From an uncultured Chloroflexia bacterium (GTDB lineage Bacteria; Chloroflexota; Anaerolineae; CG2-30-64-16), in the NCBI GenBank assembly GCA_963810095.1, contig CAWEMM010000006.1, positions 1,088,001 to 1,152,000 on the forward strand: DNA of 64,000 bases, in the 5' to 3' direction. Each line of letters starts with the position of its first letter. Position 1 is the stretch's first letter. Shown here piece after piece: positions 19,834-29,260 of this stretch. Both the position numbers and the translations under genes were made by a program. The notes beneath the pieces were generated by a model. It ran no database searches and had not been told where the DNA came from. It was given only the letters and a program-made list of their open reading frames with translations.

Positions 19834-20835
19834 TCAGCCGATCCCATTCACCTTCAAGATGCTGTGCGTCTGGCCCGACAGCACCATCTTCTCGGCCAGG
19901 TACACAGCACGCATGCCTTCTTCGCCGCTGATCAGCGAATCATGGCCGTTCTGGGTCGCGGCCACGAAGTCCTCCAGTTCTTCGACCAACGGTTCCCGCT
20001 TGCGGATCTCGTACCTCGTGATGCGCCCTTCGCTGACGCCCATGAGGGCCACCATGCCCTCCCAACCATTGGCATAGTTGTTCTCATAAAAATAGAGTTC
20101 CTGGGTCAGGTAGTTGACGTGGAACATCCCCCGCTCGCCGATCATGCTCAGCTCGCGGATCTTGGTGGGCGTCAGCCAGTTGATGTCGAGCACGCCCACC
20201 GTGCCGTTGGCGAACTTCAGCAGCCCGGAGAGCAGATCCTCGTGCTGTTGGTGGATTTCCTGCTCGGTTTCCGCGTACAAGTTCTCGATCGGCGCGCCGA
20301 TCAGATACTCCATGATGTTCAGTTCATGGGTTGCGAGATCGAATACCACTCCCACATCTGTGATCCGGCTGGGGAACGGCCCGGCCCGGCGCGAGCGGAT
20401 TTGGAAGACGCGACCCAGTTCGCCGGCCGCCAGGCGTCGCTTGAGTTCGAGGATCGCCGGGTTAAAGCGTTCGATGTGGCCGACTCCCAACCGAACGCCG
20501 GCCTGGCGTGCGGCGTCGATCATGGCCCGGCACTCGGGGATCGTGAAGGCGAGCGGCTTTTCGACAAATACGTGCACGCCGTGACGAATGGCTTCGAGCG
20601 CGGCCTCTGCATGTAAACGTGTGGGGACGGCTACAGATACGATATCCAGCCGTTCGCGTTCCAGCATCTCGCACAAATCGGTATACGCGTTGGCCTTATA
20701 GGTCCGGGCGATGTTATGGCTGGCCTCGCCGTCACAGTCTGCGACGGCAGCCAGGTTCGTCTCTGCCATTTGCGCGAAGACCCGTGCATGGTTGCGGCCC
20801 ATGGAGCCGACGCCGATTACGCCGACATTGAGCAT
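19834..20835 (-). CDS. Gfo/Idh/MocA oxidoreductase, WbpB-like nucleotide-sugar 3-dehydrogenase
   Basis: GVIGVGSMG.NH, VEKP, GHIERFNPA, DVGVVFDLATH; adjacent to a WbpD-like gene. Confidence 0.85.
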   Translation of the reverse strand: MLNVGVIGVGSMGRNHARVFAQMAETNLAAVADCDGEASHNIARTYKANAYTDLCEMLERERLDIVSVAVPTRLHAEAALEAIRHGVHVFVEKPLAFTIPECRAMIDAARQAGVRLGVGHIERFNPAILELKRRLAAGELGRVFQIRSRRAGPFPSRITDVGVVFDLATHELNIMEYLIGAPIENLYAETEQEIHQQHEDLLSGLLKFANGTVGVLDINWLTPTKIRELSMIGERGMFHVNYLTQELYFYENNYANGWEGMVALMGVSEGRITRYEIRKREPLVEELEDFVAATQNGHDSLISGEEGMRAVYLAEKMVLSGQTHSILKVNGIG

Positions 20836-20855
20836 AGGTTCCTCCATATTGGGGA

Positions 20856-20942
20856 CGGATAGGATCGGGATGACGCAGATCGGGGTGGATTCTCGCGATC
20901 CGAGCGCCCGGGTGGATTCTGCGCCATCCGGATTCTATTCCG
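20856..20942. repeat. Imperfect ~24-bp inverted repeat element (MITE/REP-like)
   Basis: CGGATAGGATCGGGATGACGCAGA ... TCTGCGCCATCCGGATTCTATTCCG, with GGGTGGATTCT twice in between. Confidence 0.55.
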
Positions 20943-21579
20943 CTTGTGGATACAAAAGCTTGACGGTTTCCAGTTTGTTCGTGTCCTCCGCCGAGACAAA
21001 GACAGGCGGGTCGGCATAGGCGGCGCCGCAGCGGGCGCAGGCCAGGCCAGACCGCCCGTCTTGGCCGCCAGGCTCGAGCCGGTGGCCACACGCACACACG
21101 TACCCCACGAGCCGGGCCGGCGCACCGACCACCAGCCCGTAGGCAGGCACGTCGCGAGTCACGACCGCACCCGCACCGACCAGTGCGAAGCGGCCCACGG
21201 TCACGCCCGGCAGGACGACCGAGCGCGCGCCGATCGACGCGCCGTAACATATCCGGATGGGTTCGACCTCCCAGTCGTCATTCCCCTTCAGCGTGCCGTC
21301 GGGGTTGATCGCCCGTGGGTAGAGATCGTTCGTCAGCACCACGTGTGGGCCAAGGAACACGCCGTCTTCGATCGTCACGCCGTGGTAGACCGAGCAGTTG
21401 TTCTGAATCTTGACCCGGCTGCCGATACACACGTCGAAGTCGACGTAGACGTTTTTGCCAAGGATGCTCTCGGGACCGATGGTCGCGCCCTCGCGCACCT
21501 GGCACTGGTGCCAGATCGAGGCGCCTTCGCCGATCGTGGCACGGGGCGACACGTCGGCCGTCGGATGAATGCGAATCAT
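20935..21579 (-). CDS. WbpD-like hexapeptide N-acetyltransferase
   Basis: IHPTADVS..ATIGEG..IWH, VKIQNN.SVY.GVTIEDGVFLGP..VLTNDLYPR; C-terminal CACG..CARCG. Confidence 0.88.
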   Translation of the reverse strand: MIRIHPTADVSPRATIGEGASIWHQCQVREGATIGPESILGKNVYVDFDVCIGSRVKIQNNCSVYHGVTIEDGVFLGPHVVLTNDLYPRAINPDGTLKGNDDWEVEPIRICYGASIGARSVVLPGVTVGRFALVGAGAVVTRDVPAYGLVVGAPARLVGYVCACGHRLEPGGQDGRSGLACARCGAAYADPPVFVSAEDTNKLETVKLLYPQAE

Positions 21580-22826
21580 GTTCTTGTCCTTTTTGTCTTG
21601 AGTAACCGTTCGACCAGCGCGAGGTAGGTTGCTCGTTCGCACGGCCAGTTGTGCCGAGCGCCGAATTCGGCCGCATTGCACGCGAGCGAGCGTGCACGCG
21701 CTGGGTCGCGGTACAGGGTTGTCACTTGCGCCGCCAGCTCGTCCACGTCGCCGGGGGTGAAATACGCCACCATGTCCTCGGCAAAGTAGCTCGCCGTCGT
21801 CTTGGTCCGAGCCGCCACGGCGGGCACACCCGCGTTGGCCAATTCCATCAGCTTCGTCGGCAGCAGGCCATCGGTGAAAATGTCCTCTCGCATGGGCACG
21901 ATCCCAAGGTCGGCCTTGGCCAGCACGCCGGGGATCATCTCGGTCGCCACGAAGCCGTGTGCGGTCACGAACTCGCCGACGCCCAGCGACTGCGACCAGG
22001 CTTTCGACCTTCGGCAGGAAGTCGCCCGTCCCGTACAGATCGATGCGCAGATTTGGGATGGCCTGGCGCAGCTGCGGTGCGGCCCGCACGAGCAGGTCTG
22101 GCCCGTAGCGTTCCAGCATGCCGCCGTGGTACACCAGGCGGTAAGCGCCGTTCGCGTCGCCGTCCTCGCCGTGCCCCCCGGTCGCGGCCGGTCGCTCGAA
22201 CCCGCGGCCCCGGTTGAAAATGGCGTCGTCGGGGCAGTTCATCACGATCGTCATTTTCCCCGGCGCCACACCCCGGCCCGCCAGCAGGTCGAAGACGTAA
22301 GTGGTGCAAACGGTCACCGCATCCGCGTAGGCACACGACAGCCGCTCCTGCAGCCGCAGCGCCCGGGTCATGGGGTGGCCGTGCCCCTTGCCAAACCGCG
22401 ACATGTACAACTCGGGTGCGACGTCGCGGATGTCGAGGATGACCCGCGCGCCGCCGAACAGCCGGGGCGCCAGCGTCGAAAATGCGAGCAGGTCTGGCGG
22501 GTTGTAGACCTGGAACAGGTCATAATGACCCCGCGGCTGACGGGCGAGGCGCGCGCCGACCGCCGAGAGGAAGCGGGTGTACTCGGCAATGTACCGGCTC
22601 GCCGGCGCACCTTGCTGCCGGAACATTGGCAAGCGGTGCACCTCGACCCCCTTGATCGTCTCCTCGGCGGGTTCGCCCGGCTTCTGCAGGCAGTAAACGT
22701 CTACCCCGTACCCGTGGCTCGCGCACGCCTCGGCCATGCGCCGCGCCCGCACCTCGACCGGGTACTGGCTTTGCGTGATAAACGCGATCCGCTGGCGCGC
22801 CCCGCGCGCAGGACGCCGTCAGGCAT
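21576..22826 (-). CDS. GT4 glycosyltransferase (frameshifts ~22805 and ~21990)
   Basis: GAGGAG RBS then ATG; YNPPD, DIRD..PE, YHGG, PTKLME. Confidence 0.8.
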
Positions 22827-22828
22827 CT

Positions 22829-23887
22829 TCACTCCTCAAACACCAGGTCTCCGCCAGAAACCTGGTTCCTCACCGTAGAACTGAGATCCCGGTACACCCG
22901 TTCGATGCGCGCGGCCACCGCGCTCTGGGACCAAGCCATGATCCGTTGTCGTGCCGCAGGCTCGGCCGAGTTGCCACCGCGGCTCACTTCCGCAAGTGAC
23001 AGCAGCAGCTTACCGGCCAACTCGTCCGCGCTGGGCTGCGCCAGGTGGCACCCCGGCAGCCCCCGGATCAATTCGCCCACGTCTCCCACATCGGTCGACA
23101 CCACGGGCAAGTTGCACGCCAGCGCCTCACGCACCACCATGGGCGACCCTTCGGCGACGGATGCCAGCACCAGGACGTCGGCCGCGTTCATGTAAAGCGC
23201 GACCCGATCGCGCGGCTCGTCGTGGACGAGCACAAGCTGCGCGGCCGGTGCCTGCTGCTGTACGAGGACGCAGGCTTCCCGTATCAGCGGGATACGCTTT
23301 TCGGGCCGCGGCGCGCCCACGAACAAGATGATCGGGTCGCCCGCCGGCAGGCCCAGCGCCTGGCGTGCGGCCGCCTGCGCCACGGGCCGAAATACGGCGG
23401 TGTCGACCCCGCACGGAATCACCCCGCAGCGGGCGTCGTTCGCCATGCCCAGCGCCCGCGCCACCCTGGGCGAGGTCGCAATCGTGAAGTCTGCCCGGCG
23501 ACTGACGAAACGACTGAGCGGCGCGGTCCAGCCGAGCTGTGTTTCGATGCCGTGCTGCGTGACGACCAGCGGCGCCCGTCTGCCCCCGCGGGCCGGGCGC
23601 CGGGCCGCCAGTGCGATCAGTCCGCAGAACACGTAGTGCGCGTGGATCACGTCGTAGGGTTCGGCCTCGGCGAGCTTTCGCCGCACCGCGCCCGGGCCGG
23701 CCAGGTAGTTGCGCCGGGCAGCCGGGCCGTCGACGAAGAGCACGTCGACGCACAGCCCGCGGCGGCGGAGGCTGACCACCTCCTCCTCGACAAACGTCCC
23801 GAGCCGCGGCCGGTCGGGCTGCGGGTACATATTGGTGATCGTCAGCACGCGCAGCGGCTGCACCGCGCCGGCTCCATCAACCCCCAT
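22829..23887 (-). CDS. GT4 glycosyltransferase (TuaC-like)
   Basis: TNMYP, IHAHY, IPCGVD, FVG..RPEKR, EGSPMVVREALAC. Confidence 0.88.
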   Translation of the reverse strand: MGVDGAGAVQPLRVLTITNMYPQPDRPRLGTFVEEEVVSLRRRGLCVDVLFVDGPAARRNYLAGPGAVRRKLAEAEPYDVIHAHYVFCGLIALAARRPARGGRRAPLVVTQHGIETQLGWTAPLSRFVSRRADFTIATSPRVARALGMANDARCGVIPCGVDTAVFRPVAQAAARQALGLPAGDPIILFVGAPRPEKRIPLIREACVLVQQQAPAAQLVLVHDEPRDRVALYMNAADVLVLASVAEGSPMVVREALACNLPVVSTDVGDVGELIRGLPGCHLAQPSADELAGKLLLSLAEVSRGGNSAEPAARQRIMAWSQSAVAARIERVYRDLSSTVRNQVSGGDLVFEE

Positions 23888-25780
23888 CCGCGCCCTCCTG
23901 CGCCTGCCGGCAACTCGACGCCCGCCGCTCGCCCGATGCCTCCGCCTGTGGACGGGTCAGCGGCCGGGGGTTTGCGCAAAACAGCCCGTTAAGCAGCGTC
24001 CGGTGACGGTCTTCCATCTCCCCGAGCAAGCTCGTGATCAGCCGGTCGCTGATCACATCCACGGGCAACTGCGCGTCGATCGTCTCCGCAGGGAGATCCT
24101 GCAGGACGGCTCGGCTGGCCGCGACCTGCCGGCCGAGGAAATCGGCCGACTCGGCGCCGCCCTTCCGTGCCAGAGCGACGTCGACCGGCGTCTCAAACCA
24201 GAACGTGCGGCCCGGCTGCGGGCTCAGGAGACGCAGCAGCCTGCCGGGCACCGTGCGGGCCATCCCGGGACGCTCGAGCCGGGCGGCCTGCTCGACCAGC
24301 GCGGACAGCAAGTAGCGGTCGGCAACCACGACCTCACCCCGCAGCAGCGGCCAACCGATTCTGAGCACATAGGTCGGGATGAGTTCGAGCGCGACGAGCC
24401 ACGGCCACGCCCGGCGCACGAGCGGCCGGCGAAACAACGCTGCCCGCTCGCGCTCCCGGCCCGCCTGGTCCGGGTTCAGGGCCGGCGCAGGCGCGGTGGC
24501 CCGCTGCCTCAGGAGCGCCTTGCCCAGCTTAAGGACGGGTTGGAGAAGTCCCGAACTGCCGCCCCGTGTCCAGACCACCCGGTGGCGCAGCGCCGCGCCT
24601 TCCAGTGCGGTCGCCAGCAGCGCGGCCTGGGCCGATTTGCCCGATCCGTCGATGCCGTCAAGCGCCACGAGGTACGGCCGCTGGCTGTGCAACCGTAGCC
24701 GGACGCGCGTGCCGTAAAGGGTGTGCGTCCACACTTCCTTCGCCCGCCCGCCGACCCGCTGGCTGGGATCGGCCAGCATCTTCTCGTAGAAAAGCCGCTT
24801 GCTCTCCACGAAAGGCAGCCCGACGGGCGCCTTGACCCGGCCCTCGAATCGGGCTTGCACGGCCGGCTTAAGCCGGGCCGGCATCCCGTGCTCGGCCCGC
24901 GGCCCGCACCTCGGGCGGCAGGCTGTGGCCAGCCTCGGCCTGCGTCCCGTACAACTGCTGCTCCCAATGGTCCAGCGAAGCCAGGATGGCCCACAAACCC
25001 TCGAGCCAGCCGCGACGCTGTGCGCCGTATGCGACGCGGTCCCAATCCACCCCGAGCACCCGGCCCGCGTAGATGAACTTCGCCAGCTCGATAAGCTTGT
25101 ACGCCTTGTTCTCGTAAGCTGCGTGGGCAAGCGCGATCAGCAGAGCATCCTCAGGCGCGGGCACGAGCGCCAACGGCGCCTCGTTGCTGCCCCCCGGGAA
25201 GTCGGCCGGAGGCACGGCTCGCTGCCACACGGCCCGCGAGTCGACAAACTCAGTGTGCCACTCCAACCGCCCGTGGATGTGCAGGTCGAACGCACTCTCG
25301 CCCAGGTGGAACCGCCGGAACAGGAACTTGTTCGGCTCCTCGATGTGCCGCAGTTCGACGAAATCCATGCCCCTCACGATTGTCCGCGCCTCGTCTTGCC
25401 GCGCCTGGGGCACGAGCACGTCCAGGTTGTTGCTGACGTAGGGGAAAGTGGGCCCGGGACCCATCGCCTTCACAAACAGGGCCGGGATGCCGCGGCTGCG
25501 CCAGGCGGCCGAAATCTCTGAGAAGGCGGCCGATCTGCTGTGCCATGCGGGCCCGGTCCTGCTCGAGCGCGCTCATAAATGGCGCGGACGAAAGCAGAGC
25601 GCGGGCGGCGGGGCGCGGATCGGGCGCCAGGGTCAGCAGCGGGAAGCCGTTCTTGCGCAGCCTCTGCACGACGGCTTCGGGATGGGCGGCGGACGCGGGC
25701 GGCGCGCCAGATGCGCCCCACCAGGAGGACACCAGGTAGGCGGCCCACGCCACGTCAGAGGGCATTTCGTTCGTCGTCAT
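23877..25780 (-). CDS. Probable fusion of an NTP_transf_5-like nucleotidyltransferase and a thymidylate-kinase-like P-loop domain (frameshifts ~25530, ~24900)
   Basis: LFVK..G..FPYVSNNLDVLV, FDLH..LEW, PEDALL...H; then LDGIDGSGKS and VVADRY. Confidence 0.65.
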
Positions 25781-26868
25781 GACCCTGTTCCCCCGGCGGT
25801 CAGCCTCTGGAGCAGCCGGCGGGCGAGCGCCTCCCAGCCAAATGGCTCCACCAGGTGGCGCGCGCCTGCCGGTCCCGCACTGCCGGTCCTGGCGTCGCGG
25901 AGCCGCACGACTGCACGGCGCAGCCCGTCGATGTCGTCGTAATAGAGCAAATCGCCGCCGTTCATGCCTTCCATCGCGACCTGGGGCCACAGGCCGGGCA
26001 GCGCGCCGAAGCGCGTCGTCACCACCGGCAGCCCGCAGGCCGCAGCCTCGAGCACCGACAATGGCACGTCAATGCTGCTCGGCCCCTCGGGATCGGGCGG
26101 GACCGGGAACAGGTACGCATCGGCTGCCGCATACAGGTCCGCGATCTTTGGGATGAAATCCGAGAACACACTCACGCCTTTTGTGCGCAGTTCCCCGGCA
26201 AGCTCCATGTCCTGGACGGTGCTGGTGCTGCACGCCAGAACGGGCCGGGCCAGGTCGGTCACGGCCAGCAGGTCGGCAACGCCCCGGCCCCGGTTCAGGT
26301 GCCCCACATGCAGGACGACGAATTCGTCTTCCGCCAGGCCGAACTGCCGCCGCAGTATCGCCTTCCGGTCGGTCGAGACCGGTCGGAAAGTCGCCAGGTC
26401 CACGCCGGGCGGCAGCAGTTCTGCGGGCCAGCCGAGCAGGCGGGCTTGCTCGACTGTGGCGGCCGACTGGGCCACGCACAGGTCGGGCGCCACGAACCGG
26501 GCGGCCATTTGCACCGGCTTCCGGTGCCGCCGGCCCTGCGTGGCAAAAAGCGCCACCGGCGCGCCCGCGTATCGCTTCAAGGTCCGGCTCCGCACCCCGC
26601 TCGCCAGCGTAAGCGACGCGGTGGGCACGTAGACCACGGCTGTCGGCCGCCATGCTGCGAACGCACCGGCCAGTTGGGAAGACCGCAGCAGCTTGTCGGC
26701 CTGCACCGCTTCGACGCCCATCTCGGGCCAATCCGGCGCGCCCGTGGTCAACACCCGCACCTCGTGCCCCAATGCCCGGCACACGTCCGCCAGGTTCAGC
26801 GTCAGCTTCTTGATCCCCTCATCCAGCGGCGGCTTCAGGCGTTCGCCAAATATACAGACCCGGCTCAT
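25777..26868 (-). CDS. GT4 glycosyltransferase
   Basis: PPGVDL..F.P, LHVGH...GRG, PLSVLEAAACGLPVVTT. Confidence 0.85.
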   Translation of the reverse strand: MSRVCIFGERLKPPLDEGIKKLTLNLADVCRALGHEVRVLTTGAPDWPEMGVEAVQADKLLRSSQLAGAFAAWRPTAVVYVPTASLTLASGVRSRTLKRYAGAPVALFATQGRRHRKPVQMAARFVAPDLCVAQSAATVEQARLLGWPAELLPPGVDLATFRPVSTDRKAILRRQFGLAEDEFVVLHVGHLNRGRGVADLLAVTDLARPVLACSTSTVQDMELAGELRTKGVSVFSDFIPKIADLYAAADAYLFPVPPDPEGPSSIDVPLSVLEAAACGLPVVTTRFGALPGLWPQVAMEGMNGGDLLYYDDIDGLRRAVVRLRDARTGSAGPAGARHLVEPFGWEALARRLLQRLTAGGTGS

Positions 26869-27995
26869 CGCTGTGCCAAAGCTGCGGCGTACGCCGCCAG
26901 GTACGCGTCGACCACCCGCTCGAGGCGGAAGCGCCGCTCCGCTGCCGGGCGGGCGGCCGCGCTCATCGCCTGGTAGATGCGTGCGTCGGTGAGGACCCGG
27001 CACAGGGCGTCGGCGAAAGCGCGGGCGTCGCCCACCGGCACGACCCGGCCCGTTACGCCGTCCTCGACGATGTACGGCGCCCCGCCGGCTGCGGTCGTTA
27101 CGACTGGGATGCCTGCAGCCAGCCCTTCGATTGCAGACATCGGCGAGACCTCTTCCCGGGACGACAGGACGACAAGCTGCGCCTCCCGATACAACTGGCG
27201 CATTTGCGCTTGCCCCTGCACCCCAAGGAGGTGAACGACGTCGCTCACCCCCCGGTGTTGGCACGCGTCGAGCACCTCCTGCACGTAGGCCGCCTCGTTG
27301 GTCCTGCCCGCAACCAACAGGTGCAGGTCTCGGATGGAGGGCCGAGCCAGCGCGACGGCGGCGACCAGCGTGACGATATCTTTGCGGGGGATCACCGATG
27401 CCGGTAGCAGCAGCCGGCCGGGCACCGGCGTGCGGACGAGGTCAAACAGGTCGTCGGGCGCCGGGTTCTCGGTAATGTGCCAGCGGGCCGCGGTCCGGCC
27501 TCCGAACCGTTCCCGGATGTAAGGCGAAATCGCAGTGATCTCACGCACCCCGGCCAGCGCCTCACGCTCATATCGGGCCGCCAAGGCTGATGCGAGCCGG
27601 CCGAACGCGCCCGGATTGTATTGAGCCTCCTCGGCAACGACGCCGTGTACGGTCCACACGGTGGGGAACCCCGCCCGCAGCGCGGCCACGGCGTACCAGT
27701 GGCCATGCGCATTTACCACGTCCGGACCGATGGCCTTGAGCTGAGCCGCCACACGCGGAATGGCAGTCGCCATGTTCGGCACGAGCCGCCGCCGGGGCTG
27801 GGCCAGGTAATGCACGGTGACGTTGTCCCGGCTAACCGTCGCATCCTCCCCGATGTCGGAGTGACAGTGAATGACGTGCACATCCAGCTCGGGTCGGCGG
27901 CGGAAGCCTTCCACCAGCTGGTAAGTCACCGCCCGGATGCCGCCCGAAATTTTCGCCGGGTCTCGCGGGTAGAAGCCGACAAGAGCGATCCGCAT
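26865..27995 (-). CDS. GT4 glycosyltransferase
   Basis: MRIALVG, TVHG, VIPRKD, EEVSPMSAIEGLAAG; alternative GTG start at 28070. Confidence 0.88.
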   Translation of the reverse strand: MRIALVGFYPRDPAKISGGIRAVTYQLVEGFRRRPELDVHVIHCHSDIGEDATVSRDNVTVHYLAQPRRRLVPNMATAIPRVAAQLKAIGPDVVNAHGHWYAVAALRAGFPTVWTVHGVVAEEAQYNPGAFGRLASALAARYEREALAGVREITAISPYIRERFGGRTAARWHITENPAPDDLFDLVRTPVPGRLLLPASVIPRKDIVTLVAAVALARPSIRDLHLLVAGRTNEAAYVQEVLDACQHRGVSDVVHLLGVQGQAQMRQLYREAQLVVLSSREEVSPMSAIEGLAAGIPVVTTAAGGAPYIVEDGVTGRVVPVGDARAFADALCRVLTDARIYQAMSAAARPAAERRFRLERVVDAYLAAYAAALAQR

Positions 27996-28066
27996 CTTGT
28001 CGCCCCGCGCCGCACCCCCGGGGACAGCGTTCCTGGTTTGGCCGCCGCGGTTGCCCTGGCCTGCGC

Positions 28067-29260
28067 TCACTGCAGCCCGCCTTTCTGCGCCCCGGTGCGC
28101 ACCTGGTCGTAGACCGCCAACGTCTGCGCCACCACCGAGTCGAGCCGGAAGCGCGCTTCGGCCTGCGCATGCGCCGCTTGCCCCAGCCGCTGCAGCCGGG
28201 CGGGGTCGGCCAGCAGGTCGACGATGGCCCGCGCGAACGCGCTCGCGGTTGGCTCTGGATCGCCCAGTGGCACTGCCTGGCCACCCAGGCCGTCACACAG
28301 CATCGCCGCACAGCCTCCGGTGTCCGTCGTGAGGACCGGCCGGCTGCCCGCCATCGCCTCCGCGATGCTGACGGGCGCGGTCTCCTGTTCGCTCGCCAGC
28401 ACGAACAGGTCGCAATCGCGATACTCCCGGGCCAGTTCTTCCGGCGCGAGGGCCCCGCGGAACGCCACCCGGTCACCCACTCCCAGCTCTGCCGCCAAGT
28501 CCCGGCACTGCGCCGCGTACCCCGGCTCGGAGTGCATTTCCCCCACGATGGCCAGGCGCGCCGCCGGCCGCGCCGCGGCGGCCTGCGCAAAGGCGCGAAT
28601 CAGCAACGCGATGCCCTTGCGCGGTATGACCCGCGCCACGCAGAGTAGCTGCTCGCGGCCCGATGGGGGCGTAGCGCCGAAGAAGATATCGTTCACCGGG
28701 TTCTCGATCGTGTGAAAGCGAGCGTGCGTGCGAGTGCGGAACTGCGCAAGGACGTAGGGCGAGATGGCGATGATGTCAAGCGCATCCGCGACGACCCGGT
28801 CCTCAAAGCGCGCATCGGCCAGCCATCGCAGCCGCATAGGCCACGATGAAACGGGCCAGGCTTGGGCCATCTCCCGGCGGATGATACCGTGAAGGGTGAC
28901 CACCGTGGGGCGACCGCTCTGCAGCGCGGCCCGCGCGTGTACCCCGGCGATGTCCGCGTGGCAGATGTCGGGTCCCACCCGTTCCACTTCAGCCGCAAGG
29001 TTCGCCACCACCTGGTGCTGCCCCGTCAGCCGCCCGCGTGCAGGCCGGGGGGTCGCATGGATCATGCAGCCGTTTTCCGCGAACTCCCGCGGCCCTGTCA
29101 GTCCGGGGACGGCCGTAATGACGTGCACCTCGACGCCGGGGCAGCGGCTGAGCCCGCGTGCGAGGCTGATGACGACCGCATCCACGCCGCCGGGCAGGGG
29201 CGGCCCGCCGGCAGAGGGCGTCGCTTGCACGGGATAAGGTCCCAGCAGGGCAACCTTCAT
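28067..29260 (-). CDS. GT4 glycosyltransferase
   Basis: MKVALLG, TLHG, RVIPRKG, QETAPVSIAEAMAG; paralog of the neighbouring GT4. Confidence 0.88.
   Translation of the reverse strand: MKVALLGPYPVQATPSAGGPPLPGGVDAVVISLARGLSRCPGVEVHVITAVPGLTGPREFAENGCMIHATPRPARGRLTGQHQVVANLAAEVERVGPDICHADIAGVHARAALQSGRPTVVTLHGIIRREMAQAWPVSSWPMRLRWLADARFEDRVVADALDIIAISPYVLAQFRTRTHARFHTIENPVNDIFFGATPPSGREQLLCVARVIPRKGIALLIRAFAQAAAARPAARLAIVGEMHSEPGYAAQCRDLAAELGVGDRVAFRGALAPEELAREYRDCDLFVLASEQETAPVSIAEAMAGSRPVLTTDTGGCAAMLCDGLGGQAVPLGDPEPTASAFARAIVDLLADPARLQRLGQAAHAQAEARFRLDSVVAQTLAVYDQVRTGAQKGGLQ

Noticed and set aside
20935-22752. 605-aa GT4-acetyltransferase fusion in the ORF track
   Set aside because: Produced by a frameshift at ~21990; the GT4 C-terminus is in another frame and the acetyltransferase has its own RBS and ATG at 21579
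23877-25780. Lasso peptide/RiPP cluster suggested by nucleotidyltransferase plus kinase
   Set aside because: No lasso cyclase, PqqD/RRE, B2 protease or precursor peptide; the context is glycosyltransferases
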